Of a stretch of DNA of 64,000 bases, positions 12,716 through 26,733 are shown one piece after another (positions within the stretch are counted from its first letter, which is position 1; every line of letters starts with the position of its first letter). The stretch is from Iphione sp. A-MEVVRFRX5 (Eukaryota). Under the pieces are notes generated by a model. It was not told the DNA's origin. It saw nothing but the letters and a program-made list of their open reading frames with translations, and ran no database searches. The translations under genes were made by a program, and so were the position numbers. Where the stretch lies: the NCBI GenBank assembly GCA_976226885.1, contig OZ320313.1, forward strand, positions 145,452,001 to 145,516,000, given 5' to 3'.

Positions 12716-15700
12716 ATGTCAGTGAATTCCTGTTGAATCTGTGTAGATTCCAAGTTTTTTGTTTAAATATTGTTGAACTCCTGTCGAATTTATATAAATT
12801 GCAAGCCTTTTATGCAAATTATATGCAAAGTATATAAAGAATTTTGTATGCACTAACATATGTAGATTGTTTCTCATCGTTTTTACCTCATCCAAAGTCT
12901 ATCTGCTGTATATTACTGTGCGTTGGTGCGCAAAATTATTGAGAATTGTTCAATAATGAACAATGCAAGGCAACACATACAGATGGTACATGCACATAGA
13001 CACCCTTCATTGAAATCACCGTGCTCACACACAAATTCAGGTAAGGAAACCAGGCCTAATTGGGAAGTGAGACAACAGGCCCTGTGACATTCTGTTTTTG
13101 GAAACAATAGAAGATTCATCTTCGCCTCCCCAATATACATGTCCATGTTTATCCTTTCTTCGGTATTGTCATAGACGACAGTCTATGGCTCAAGTACTGT
13201 ACATGAATAAAAGTGGTGTTTTATAAGTGATATTAAAGTTATGAAAACTCTAATCCTCTGACGATTCTGTTTAAATAGATTAGTTTTCGAACACCGGAAG
13301 TCATTCATGGAATTCTCCTAATAAACATCTGTTGATCATGTTTTAATTTTAAATTAAGTCTTTGAGTTCGAGAGAGTCATTTCTGCAGTACTTGGGTTTT
13401 TATTTAACGACTTAACGACCTGATACATAAAAAAAACCACATAAAACTTTCGCCTGCCTCACTTCCCCCACGCTTCGACGCTTCTGGAAGAGTTCGCACA
13501 CACGCCTGTAATAGCCATGCATGTTCCTGTTTCGCTGTATGTGGTTGACGGTGTTTCCCAAGGCGCCTAACCCTATATCAGCTCGGTAAGCCAATGCGTG
13601 TTAACACGCTCGGTTGTGGGTGCGATGATAAGTGTTTATTGACCGAGAATCCGAAATAAAAGAGCTAGCATGGTTTTGTCACCATTTGTGCCGGTTATTA
13701 AAACAGCTGATAAAAAAAGTGAAAGCAGAAGTACGTAATGCTTGAACTTCGTGCATTGCCATAGTGGATACCGAGCGGTGAACCACTTCTAGAAGATAAA
13801 TGGAAGATGACGATATGTTCAGGTCCCACGATGTATGATGACTCGCACATTAACCGCCAAGTTATCTAATCATTTTCATCTGTGATTGAAAGTGAACAAG
13901 AAACGATACATAATGTAACTGTGCAGAAGCCAAAGGGATAAAAGAAAAATCACTTGTCGGCCTCTGATTAATATATTCATGGATAATCATCATAAAAAAT
14001 ACATGCATAATTTCTTTCGTCCATATTTTACTGCTGCTAGAAATGCCAACGCGAGTTTCTTTGCGATGGAATCGTATTAAGATTTGTCATTTCGGGCGGT
14101 CCTGATCAACCAACAAGTCGTGGAAAATATGGGCGAAGCCAAAGTATGCGACCTATAACACCATGCGAGCATCTTTTTCCGGGATTGCTGGGAGGAATGG
14201 AATGAACTTTTCAAGCAGTCTTTAACATCCGCGTGGCATATTTTGAATGCCTTTGGTCCAGCGTTTTGGCAGGGGAGTAGTTCCGTTTGCCTTGCCATTC
14301 GGCTCTTCTACTGCAGTTCGTGACATCAGCTGATGAGGGTTAAGTTGAGTCGAAACCCGTTGCCACCAGGAGGTGCTGCGTGGTGACAGACACAGACGCC
14401 TACTGTTTACACGCGGGTCATGGCGAGAGTCAGACGTCTTATGAGGTCCTTGGCAACCCCATGTGAAGTATATGTGACCACAGTAGTGGCGCCTGACCAA
14501 TGAGATATCTCCGTGGCCTCAAGCCACCTGTTTTTAGCTCACGTGTCCACTGCAGCGCAGTTTCAGAATATCACACGTTAAGCCCATATTCGGTATAGCA
14601 TCACTGAAGTGATTCATTTAATAGTCCAGACGACTTTTTTTTTTATACAAAGGAGACATTTTCCCCATTCCAGTTGATTCGTATGTTTCCACTGATTTTT
14701 GCCTGGAACTTACATGCCCGGATCTTCGAGGCATGGCCACATTTTGTAGCAGATCAAAAGGACCAGTTGACCCCTAGAGGAGGAGAAGGGGAGGTGTGTG
14801 GGACGTTTGGTACTGTGTACGAGAAAGTATGAGATAATAACCGTAAACTTCTTTAGGCGCGGGTGCCCACCGACCCCTTCCCCGCCCGCCCACCTTGCAT
14901 CCACTACTTTTGTCTTCTACGTTATGAATTCAGCAAAGGTTACATGCACTGAGCTGTTGTTTTTTTCCAGATTCCTTTGTCCTCTAATGCAAGTGCAGCC
15001 GTCGTTTTTTTCCCATTCACCACGAATTGTATCTAGCTTAGAAAGCAGTGAAGGCTGTTTTTCTTAATACCATATGTATTCTTCACGTATTCTAATCTGG
15101 TGAAGTTTTGGCGGGAACTGTACAGGGGATTTTATAGGCTGCGTCATTAATCGAAACATGGTCCGGTCTGAAAGTCCAGGACGCGCTATCGTTCTACCGT
15201 GAGTCTGACATCAGCAGCAGTATGAATGTCGTCTGGTGGTGACCTTATCGGGACGCCGCCATAAGGGGGCAGACCTGTTTTGAACCTCAGGTGTGATTCG
15301 TACACGTTTCTTCCCCATACCACACCCAACCATGCGACGTAGGCCCGGACGTAGGCCAGCACGATCCCTAACCAGCCACTGCAACACACCATCTTCCGTT
15401 GTGGGAGCGAACGACGGTGACAAAGACATTAAACTTGAATTACCGTCATCGTTGATGCGCACCATGGTGATTCAGCCAGTGGTCCACGAACAGCAAAGCG
15501 CACGGGTCACGATCTCAAAGCTGTGGACATGACTGTCTTTACGTGACACTGGCCAAAGTGACCGAAACTTTGTTCGATATAGTTTATCCGAAGTGTTGTG
15601 ACCAGTTATCCGCCGTTTAGTTAAATTCTTTTCTCAGAGGTAAATATCACTTTCAGAATTGCGATTACTTTTGTATCATATCAGTGATTCATGGAAACTC

Positions 15701-18700
15701 AAAAGTAACTGGCCTTGATCTCTTTATATTTATAGTTTAACTCGTTGACCTTGAAATATTGTAAATACATGTACATGTACAATGCACATATGTTATGAAA
15801 GGAAATATCTCAATGAGGAGATTTCAATGGCCGTCTGAGGTAATTAATTACAACCTGTAACTGTCGACCCATTTCTCTCGCCCACTGTGTGCTAAATCGC
15901 CTTAAGTGACCTCGATCACATAACTTCTCATTGGCTTAGCAGGGTATTGCCCTTGCTCCTTAACCGGTAATTGAGCCGCCGAAGAGGTCACCAAAACAAC
16001 AATGATTTCCCAGGAGGTACTTGTTGTACATCTGCATTTTTAAAAAAAGCTGCGGCCACGCGTGATTCCTGTAAGGATCCCTAACAAAAGACGGGATGTT
16101 AGCGAGTCTTATGTGGTGAGACTTTGAGGCCGACCCCGCTGCTTGGCAGTGGGCCAGGCGTGTCGCGGCGCCTTCACTTCGTGAGGTCCGCGGAGTAATC
16201 TTACACTGATCCCTCACCTGGTGGCGGAGGCTGCAACCTCCAAATGCTCACCGGTCGCTGTTCCCGTCACGACATCCTGTCGCGCCACATGATCCTGACC
16301 GAGTGCCTGTTGGCGGTATCCGAAATGAGCTAATTTATTTGCTCGGGAGAGATACCCTGTATAATGATGAGGCATTGGGAATCTTGTCATTTGGCGGTGA
16401 GCATTGTCAGTGGTGAGCCAGCGGTCAGTCAGCTTGCCTATGGTCACATTGTATCCTCGCTTTCTCTGCCAAACCTTCTTTCCGGTATATTATTAGTTCC
16501 ATCCATCCCTCCTCTGTTTCCTTCCTTCCTTCATTCCATCATTCCTTCCATCTTTCCTTCATACCTACCCACCCACATACATACACGTGTACGTAGCTAC
16601 CCACCCACCTGTCTACCCATCCACCTATCTAGCAAACTACTTACCTTCGTTTCTGGCTACTAGTCTTCCTATCTTTCTTCGTCTGCAGTTCCCTCCAAAC
16701 TGGGGTCGCAGTTCGCTACTACCCTCTCATTTCTGCATTTCTCTCCGTTTTATCCATAAACATGGTGTGTGCATATATTGCTCTCTCATTAGGGCCCTTT
16801 TTTGTGTAGTACATTAGTTGGATAGTGCATTGACTAGTATGACGTATTTTACCGCCGTATATATCAACCACATACTGTATGTGTTTTCGGCAGGTCCAGG
16901 AATTGGGTGTTTATTACGGTACCCATAGTGCTAAAAAGAATAACGGTAATGAGGTTGCTGGAGGGGCGTTTGGCGCATGAAATAAACAGGAGGGAAAGAC
17001 AGAGAAATGAGGAGGAGGGTGGCAGAGAGAGATGCGGCCTTCATGGCGTATAGCTGCCTTTGAAACAGGTCAGGATGGTCGGTGGATCGTCAGTCCATCC
17101 GTCATAACCTCCGATCCACCACAGCCTCCCCATCCCCCACCCCTACCACTCCCCACCCCTCTTTGTCAGAGCACATGACCGTGTACACCTGGGTCAAGTT
17201 TATCAACCCCACCCCGCCAGCCACCCCCTATATCTCTCTCTTTCTCTAGCCACCATCTCGAGGCCACTGGGGAGATCTCCCAGGTGGACCGCCGGGGGGG
17301 GGGGCAGTGTAGTCAAGGTAGGCCAGCGATGGGCCAATCAGCAACCGCGTCTTTGTTGTTGTAGCGACGCTGGAGGCGCGTTCTCATACAGACGCAGTAA
17401 TGCACCTCAAGGCGCCATATTTTAACATACCTCCAGATAAGTGTTCCACAAGATGATGTTGCTCTATCGCGGCCACCAATGTATACATAATATACACTTT
17501 GTCTCCTCGTTATTATCTCTTTTTAACAGTATACCAGATTAACACGGTTGACTAGCAGTTGCATGCTTCTGTTTGGCGGCCCTTGATATATGAGAGGGCG
17601 GGAGGGTGTGGAGTTTGTCCTCATCAGAAAATGCCATCAGTCTGCCACTCAACAGTTTGTCTTTTCTGTCTCTTGGCTATAGTGAAAATCGACGTATCGC
17701 CACGGAAAATAAGAAAAAAGAAATGCGAACATTAACTGTAGCTCGGAGATGATGCATCCAGGTATCTACGGGCGGTATTTTTTTATTTTGGCTCCTATTC
17801 CTGGAAAGCCTTCAATGTATTTTTGGACCCATCGAGGGAGAAAGGATGACAAGCACACATGACCCAGTGACTCTATCTCTGCGGCGGAGTTTGAAGTCTT
17901 GTTGAACCAAGAAGTCGCTCGTTTGTGGAGAGAAGCAATGCACGAGCACCTTTTGGAAATGCAGTCTCGAGGTTAATAAATAGGTCGACTATGAAGCCTG
18001 ACCCTATTATCAGATACGAGTAGTTCCTAATCAGATCGCATTCTCACTCAGCTTACAGTTAATAGATCTTGACACCTGACCACAGAAGCTTCGCACGTAC
18101 AGATGCAGTGGCACTTTGCTCGCTTTTCTGTCGGCAATCGGATGCATTTACGGTAAATAAAATTGAGAAAAGGCAGATCGTTAGGACTCTTTGATGTAGG
18201 TGAGTAAAGAAAGGTCATGGGGGTGTTAAGTCAGTTGGGCGGCTTGACGTGTGAGGCGAGCTGGCTGGGATCCAAACGGGCCGCCTATCTTACTTGGCCG
18301 TGTATCCTAAGTCAGAGGTCACGTGAGTGCCCCCCCCCACCCTCAGCGCACCAATTCTTGACTGCGCCAAAACTAGCCAACTAGCCAAAGATAATGCAAA
18401 TCTGCGTAAAACTACCGACTGTGTAGTGTGCCATATGTACGTGTTGTATGAATAAGCGTAACATGTTTAGAAATACATGTATTCTAATTTGCACGGCGCC
18501 GTTCTGTAGGCGGGGTGGAGGGGGGAGTAATCGCAGTAATGGAAACTGGAGCAAACTGCCCTTCTTTAGGGTTGCATCATTTAATCCTCTAGATATAGAT
18601 GAAAGTCTGCAATCAAAATTTCCACAGCTTTGGCTTTAGTGCTCCCTCCTCCCTCTTTGTTTTATCCGCCCGTCAATCAAGGGGGAAAAGACACGTGGCC

Positions 18701-20249
18701 TTTGCACTGAACCACCCACTCTCCCCCTTGCTACAGCTGCCATCCCACACTGTTCTGCGCAACGCTGGCACGACGCGCGGCCCTCACCCCTCTGAGAATA
18801 CAAACACCAACCACCACTACTGGAGTATCGCCGCGAGGGACACTGGCTGCTGCTAAGACGGTTATCTGCGTGACAGGTTGGAACAAGGGGCGTGTAATTC
18901 CCATTAATAGAAAACAATAAAAAGACACCCAAAAGAACCCACGGGGAGAATTATACTGTCTGCTTAGTTTTTAAGCAAAACTCAATTGAAGAAGGTGAGC
19001 TGTACAGTTCGTGCACATGGGGAAGGTATTGTCAACAGTGTTTAACAAGTGAAGAAATCCGTGACAGATGCCCGTGTATATACATGCATGTGTGTATATT
19101 ATGTACATGTCTGTACATGTAAACATACAGTATTATGAAATATAGTTTGACGGATATGCCAACCCAATGGTCTGGATGGTATCGGTGCTGTTAATACGCA
19201 TTTCAAACTTCAAAATTAAAGTTGTAAATGGTATGGCAAAATAAACCATCCCAACCCCACTTCTGTCATCGAATTCGCTCAACAGCATTTTCTTGCACTG
19301 TGCAGCAGTTATGGGATAGATTGAAGTGGGCCAAGTGTCTCGTACGCTCAGTCACAAACAAACTACTTGAGAGGTCAAAAGATCGGTTGCGATCTTCTTG
19401 TGAAGGTCATCTCCATATGCCGTTCAGTGATGACTTGTTAAAACATTTTTTTTTGTATTTGACCAACTTGTCTCCTCTCGCTCCGTCAAGCCGTCAGGAC
19501 ACCCTCCACACTAGTACCTTCCCTCTCCCCACCTTCCCTTCCTTGTTGTCTCCTACCTACCTTTCCTCTCTTCAGTCTCCCTGTACACTAACCTTAGTTA
19601 CACATGGCTTACCTATGACTGTATCTTTGCAATATGTAATGCGTAGACTAATTTTAGTGCAACTATGTTTCGAAAATTTAATTAAAGGAGTAAGTTCGCT
19701 GGGTAATGAGCCATGAGAGAAGTTTATTAGAGCTGAGTTTCATCCTCTCATACTCGGTGAAAATCTATTTTGATTATTGCCGGCAAGCCCCGCCTCATAT
19801 TAAATATTTCAGTAATCGTCACTCAGTCGGAATGATGCCACAGAAGACATAGTATCGGGTCAAAATGCATAAATAAATAGATAAAATTGTTTAGCTTGCT
19901 TAAAGTGAGTCATCACACCCGAGGAGTGAAAAGCGGCCGCTTAATAAATTTCCCCTGTGAAATAGACGTACTGAGATAGCTGCTCCTGCAGACGGACAGA
20001 GTCTGACAGACATAAATGTGGGAAAACAGCGGAAACGGGTCAATAAAGAACGATTAAGCAGACAGACAGACACACAGCCAGTCCCATTTGACGCAGACAG
20101 GCAGGTATATGGCGAACAGACAAACTCATAGACAGGGGGAGGTGAGCCAGACCTGTCGCAGTCGCCTTCTGAGTTTGCAACTGCACTACTCTGGTGCCCC
20201 CCCTTGCCTCAGTAATCCCCCCCCCCCCGATAACCGAGTCACATCAGGC

Positions 20250-20400
20250 TGCTCGGAGGTGGAGGAAGTGTTCAGGCTCGCTCCCGTTCTGCCACCGTCC
20301 TCCGCCCTGCGGCTACGCGCCGCGCCGCTCCTGGAGCGCGCGCTGTCGGTGGTCGGCGCGGCGGCGGCACTAGGAGCAGAAGGGAGGGGAGGGGGGCACA
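20250..20400. promoter_or_regulatory. GC/CpG-rich island, candidate promoter or first exon
   Basis: Very high GC and CpG content (gcgccgcgccgc, ggcgcggcggcggc) against an AT-rich background. Confidence 0.4.
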
Positions 20401-23400
20401 GTGTGCTTATCTGGACTGTCCATTGTGTTCGGCACACGACAAGGACCCCGGTGGGTCACCTCTATTAAAAGCCTCCCACATTATATGCAGGGGCTTTGCA
20501 CAATCGATGGTCATTTATCGTCCGTGTCAAAAAGTTTTACATCGCAGTATGTAGGAACTGCGTTTTCATTGTGTTCCACGGGAATAACTCAACCGAACAG
20601 TATGCATACCTTTATTTAAAAAGAAATGAACATATCCGTGCGTCCTCACTCACATAAGGTATTACAGTTATATAATATATGATCTTTGATCTTGTTTTCG
20701 TTTTTACGTCGGAGAAAAGAATGCCCGCCAAATTGTGTTCAGTTCCGAGTTACACGGAAGGATTTTACTAAGCACTGTTTTGATACGATAAAATTCTGTA
20801 GTTTCCTGTCCTGTACAGTTTTCTCTGTCCGTCCTTATAAATGGTAATATGAATCCTTTATTTTTAGGATATATTTGATATAAATCAATCATTCCAAGAT
20901 GCGCAACTTTCTGTACACATCCATCTCGGTACGCGTGTATATCTCTCCTCTTCATGATGTGATGGTGCTATTTGATAGCATGACAAGTTACTTTGGATGG
21001 CCTCAACCACAATTTCGGTAGTTCTTTTCAATTAGGTCGCATTTGTTTTTTTGTTCCTGAACGTGGCTATAATATCCGTTCATAAGGAGAGAAAAAAAAG
21101 ACGACGTACAAAAACAAAGGTAGAAAGGGCCCGCGTGATGAGTCACTCCCGTGCGGAGCCTGCTCCACCGGAGCCCACCACCCTACCACACCAGACCGAG
21201 TCAAGACCCTCAACGTTTACAGATACAAGCCTCTGGATCCCTCGGCGAAATTACCCGGGAAACTCAAATCTAGGTCTTTTGTTTCGACCTAATTGACGGG
21301 AAAAACACTTTTGCTAAAGAGAGACCGAGCAGAAGTCTTACATCAATATGTCAAAGCAATGGGGTGACCTTTGTAACGAGTTACTTCTGAGCTAATGGCT
21401 CCTGTGATGTCTTCACGGTACGGTTTTTATATCAAAGGTAGCGAGGGGCAGTTAAACGAAATACATATAATTAACCTTATTTTGTCGGTAGATGACATGG
21501 TAGTTCGCGATAGCCTCCGGTTTTACACATTGCCCTATTTTGTTTTTATCAAACTTGTCTTTTAGTGATCAGTCACCTGCACTTTTTGGGCGCTTACGTA
21601 ATCTGGTGACATAATCCTCCTGTTTTTCTGTGTTTTTTGTTTTCCGTCATTTTTTTTCTGGGTCGGGAGCTGGAGTTGTCGGTCGGCGACACGTGGGTTA
21701 GGAGAATAATACACCACATAACACGCTACTCACCCTAACACAGATAGACGGCAATTAACATTTGAACGCCCAGTGCTGAGGGGTCTCGAGTTCAACACAA
21801 GCCATTAATTATATTTTGGAGTAGACATCACCTAACCGCGGAGGTCACACAGGTGGAAGCAAACGGAGAGGAAATCCAAATGAACAGGAATATGACTCGC
21901 AAAGCAACAAATCTGTAGAACAAAGCATTTTTGGTCGTGGCAATTTGCAAACGGACGTGTGCTTGCTTAAGTTTCGTCTTTGCTCCGCGTCTTTTATTGC
22001 CCTCGGCATTGTACTTTTCGTCGGAAATTTGACACTTGTTTTCTGAAGTCGACGCACAAGATGCCATGATAAAATGTGATAACCGACCATGTAAGTGGTT
22101 AAGCGAGGTCTAACATGTTGATAACCGTTCATCAAGCGCATTATGATTGTCGTTGAACTTGAAAGCGGGACATCAGCGATTTAATAAAGCAGCCTTTCCT
22201 GCACTGTCTTAGTTTTATGTCTTTCATTGGAATTAATTTTTGTAGACAGCATTGGAATCAGCGGAATTTTGTGCTTAGTTTTTCAGTGCAATTAAGGGAA
22301 ATACCACGATTTCACGAACAACACCATAGGGACTTTAGAGTGGATAAAATTGGAAAGCGTAAACCTTCTTACAACATAGATGTATATGAAATGGACCCAT
22401 CCTCAGTAAAGTCGATAACAAATGACTTACTTCACTTTTTACTTGATGCGACGGGAACGTTCTTTTTTGTGAACAGCGCGCAATCTGTAAGAATATCGAA
22501 GGGAACTGCTCTTATCCGTGTCGTAGAGAAATCGTCAGTAAAAGGTGCTGTTAATTATGACCCGGTCGCTACTGTCTCCCAGGATCTCCCCAGAGACTGA
22601 CGTCAGCACCATCGTCTCCAAAATTTGCACAATGCGGCCTTGTCATTCCCCTGACAACCAGACTAAAATTGGTAGTACACTATCACACTTCAAGCAGAGG
22701 CCATCAGATAATGGTAGGGGCCTCAGACTCTGTTATTGCTGCATTGTTAACGCTGAGAGCTTCTTTCTGATGGAAAATGTCTTGAAATGATGAGTATATC
22801 GGGCCCGTCCCAAGGAGAATGAAAGTCGCTGAGTTTGATGCCAGTTACTCAGATTATGGAATGAGATTGATATGTTTTCATTTTTGTGTGACATATACTC
22901 TCTTTGGGCGTTGAGCAGAATTAAAATTGAATGATATCAACAGAATCCGTGCACAAATTTAATTCCGTTATTGATGAATCGCACTTTGACCGGCTGTATT
23001 ATGCAATGATTGTCGTAAGACATATGTCTCAGCGTTGGTTACATTTTCCTTTTTTTTCACGGTTTTTCGACGTAGTGGTACATTCGCGATTTCGTTAGGA
23101 GGCTTTTGTAAACTCCGAGTGCAACTGTGTATAAGGAGGAGCCATAAGCTGAACATGCCAGTGCTTGATCTCCGTCTTTTCTCACCCGAAGTTCCTCCTA
23201 ACAACATTCTTTTTATTGAACAATGTTATGATCACAATTGATGTTTTACAGATGAGCTCTTAAGACCAGGGTATACTTTTATTCAAAAACATGGCATCAC
23301 CAAGTCAGGCTTTATTTTCATTGCCAGTGTTTTTCTAACCCGTGCTTAAGGCCCGTATTTCCGTGATTCTTTTCATCTCTTGTTATCAACTGATCCGTAT

Positions 23401-25995
23401 TTCAAATTGGGACTAGCCTAGAAGTACAAGAAGAAGTGATTGAGAAAATCATAGGGATCCTATGGACATTGTAGGAGTGTCCTGGTTTTATGCTTAAACA
23501 AATTGCATAAAATTGCCAAATTTATGGACACATGGCACAGTTTATATGAAATCGGCCCTTTTTAATAAAATTCAGGCACAAATGGCACAAATTACATCAA
23601 ATCCATCCTTTTTCTTCCAAATTTACGGCTATCAGGCATAAATATCACAAAATCCGTACAGTTCGTGGATACTTTCAGAACCGATTTACATACTTGAACC
23701 TACATTTGATCCAATGCAATTGTATAGTGTACAGATCATGCATTAGCATTGCTAAGAAATACAACTATCTTTGCTAAACTTTACGCATATTAAATGCCAG
23801 CCCACTTGTTATCTTCTTTATGCGAAAGCTGTACACATATTTTATGTGCAAAAACCTGACTGGTTGCAATTCCCAAGATTGCACTCAGTTTTAAGCAGGT
23901 ACAGCGGAGCAGCATCCTCCGCCCAGAAGTCAGAATTTTCATCATATCATCGAGTGTGATATAGTCCTCAATTATTTTTCAGTTGTCATCAGTTCTTAGT
24001 TTGTACAAAATATTTTATCCTTGGAGTCTAAAATATTACTTTAGGACATTTAAATATTGGACTTTTGCGTAGAAGAAACAGTAGTTAATCTAATTGGATA
24101 TTTCCTCTGTATAATTTTTTAGTGAGAAGTAAGTCAGTTGTCGGTGCACCAAGGTCTTTGCATGTTTTATTATTTTATTTACTCGGGTGTGCGTTGGTTA
24201 ATCTTGTCAGCCCTATAGGGTGTCAAGAGTGTCCGTTTCGTGCCTTTTATCTAGGAAATAATGACATTGTTGCGAATTGACGTGAACTATGACGCATGTT
24301 ATACTTTGTGAATACGCAGCTAAGGCTACGACGTATACATTTTGACTTAGCCGGCGAACCAAAGGCAGTAATGTCCCCGACCGTCTTTGTCTCTTCCTCC
24401 ATGACAAGAATTGGTGCTATGATCAGTCTAGGCTTTCACATCCCTGTCATGGGTGTGGTCGTATCAGTGTATATTAAACTATTATCTTACCGTGCGGTTC
24501 AGGCGAGCATGTGTACCGTTATAACAAAAAAAATTCAGCTGATAATCTAGTAACCTGCATATTTCTGACCTAAATATCGATTACCACTATGTCTTTGTTC
24601 AAGGTAAGTTTTCAGATAGATGGCACTTTATTTCTGGTAGCTTTATATTTTTTTTAAAGCGTAATGCTGACCTGTGTACAGTACCCAACTTTTCACACTT
24701 ATTTTCTATAGATTAGTCACGAAGATTCCAATTATCATGACCATGTTTTTGTAGACAGTCCCACTTACAGTAGGTGTTGATCTTCATGATAGGCGCGATT
24801 CAAGCCCCTGGTTTTTACCTTTATTTATGACCAGAAGGCACGGGGTCTCATCTATGCCTAGCGTGGTATCTTGATGTGTTTCACACACAACTTTATATTA
24901 CCGCCCTTTCCTCTCTATTTCTCACCTCCATTTCCTAGTTGATCTAACTCTCACTCACGTGGGCCTTCGTGTACGGTGAACAGTGTTCCTCGCGCCGCAT
25001 GTTCAGCCTCTTGCAGTCTCCCTCTCCATAGTTTTACCAAAGAGCGTCTTTACTTGTACTTAACCACAAAGTCATCACGAAGATGGTTTGGCATAAGCAG
25101 CTCAGTGGTTTCGTATACATCTCCCTTTGACATCCTCCCGCGATCACATAAAAAAATAGCCACATCCATTCGATTCCCAGTCTCGGCTCCTCACGGACGA
25201 TCTCTATTGATGATCTTGTAACCGTAGCATCTTGCGGACCTTTCTGTCGTGCATCTCCGAGCCCCCGGGTTGTAAGAAAAAGTTCGACACGCCTTAACAT
25301 TCATTACGAATAAACCTTTATTTAAACCTACTTCACCTGCCGGATTCTCGATGCTTGAGGTAGTGCAGAGGGTGATATCAGCCTGTATCTGTGAAGCCAC
25401 TCGATTATTTCCCTTTTCACATTAGACGCCAGTATACAGTGCAAATACCATGGTGATAAGTCAGGCCGTTTGATGCAGATTTGTAAACGGAAAGAATTAC
25501 TTGAGTTGTGGAGGTATTTCCGTCTTCAGCTCGTTGCTTGATTGCCATCAAGTAGTTGCGGAAAGTCGGATTGTGTTTGCCATCCGCTGCTAGTTATTGT
25601 AGAGTGCCCACTTTAGCGGGGGAAGATCTGTGCGCTGTAGATAAACTTTTTGAGGCTTCCTGTGACACGTTGGCGTCGACCTTCCCGTAACATCGGCCGA
25701 GTCGCAGCTTTGCATCTACATGTAACACGGGAATCTCGTTTCGTGGTTGCCTAAGGCTTCCGAGAGGAGACCGTGGAGATCAGATAAATTGTTGAGAATA
25801 CATCCAACGTGGTCTACACGTTCAAGTAGTGCCTAGAGCACGGCCTCCCAAGTCTTGTTCTGTCAATAATGCGGCATCATATGATCGCTGTGATTGTGGA
25901 CATTCTGTCCGTCGTACCTTGTGCATCAACATTTTAGGTGATTACTGATACTTGGCTTTGTTCATGTGTATGTCTTGCGTTGGCTGGTGCCTAAG

Positions 25996-26148
25996 TTTTT
26001 TTTATTTATGAAGACTTGTTCGGTCATTGGCGAGCTACCACCAGCCAGGGACTGAACCTCAGACCTTTGGCGTGAGAGGCCAACACCCAACCATCTGTGC
26101 TAAAGTGTAAACGTCATTAGCCAAGGGCTAGAGGTTGACCCTCTGGCC
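25996..26148 (-). mobile_element. tRNA-derived SINE
   Basis: Minus strand has an A-box-like TAGCACAGATGG, a B-box-like GGTTCAGTCC at tRNA-like spacing, and ends in a taaataaaaaaaa tail. Confidence 0.65.
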
Positions 26149-26690
26149 TTATTAACTTGACAGTGTTATCAACTATCGTCCATATTTTGGCATGACACGG
26201 GTTTTATAGTATAAATTTCATGCAGTGGAGGGAGGCATATTCTCACCAGATGCTCACGCACGGTACGCAATTTCCAGTACGAGTCATGGCAGGTCTGTCA
26301 AAGAGAGACGGATACATGGGCATCCAGTCATGAGGCCCAAAACCTATGTATGAGATGGTTCATGGACGAGTTCATCAGCCATTAAAGTACATGTTTATTG
26401 CCCCAGCAGGAGGTTAGGTGAGACATATCTCTTGTCTATTTACAACAAAAATTCATTTGAATGATTGTTTTTCATGCATGCAACTTGACGTTCTGACCAT
26501 ATCGGATGACAGACAATGTACACATGAATAGCTAAGAGTACATAACAATGATCACAAATTTTGATGCACAACAGACCATCATCCCATATACAGATTTCAG
26601 CCACATATGTATTGCGGTCTGTAAGAATACAATGTTTCTAAAGCTGTTTATGTCTCACTGCTTTTGTTTTCGGTACCTGATAAGGAGCAT

Positions 26691-26733
26691 GCACTACTGA
26701 TGAAGTCGGCGTCCGACCAGTGAAAGCTTGTGT
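26691..26733 (+). ncRNA. Degenerate minimal type-I hammerhead ribozyme followed by AATAAA (PLE pseudo-LTR-like)
   Basis: gcac-ta-CTGATGA-a-gtcgg-cgt-ccgac-cagt-GAA-AGCT-T-gtgt; palindromic AGCT stem III; AATAAA ~20 nt downstream. Extra bases flank the core. Confidence 0.5.

Noticed and set aside
14327-14364. CTGATGAG...CGAAAC hammerhead-like spacing
   Set aside because: Stem II has mismatches and stem I cannot form.
25356-25364. TGAGGTAGT, the let-7 5' end
   Set aside because: Match stops after 9 nt and I see no precursor hairpin.
26040-26105. tRNA gene
   Set aside because: Boxes are degenerate, no cloverleaf could be built, and an A-rich tail follows; called a SINE instead.
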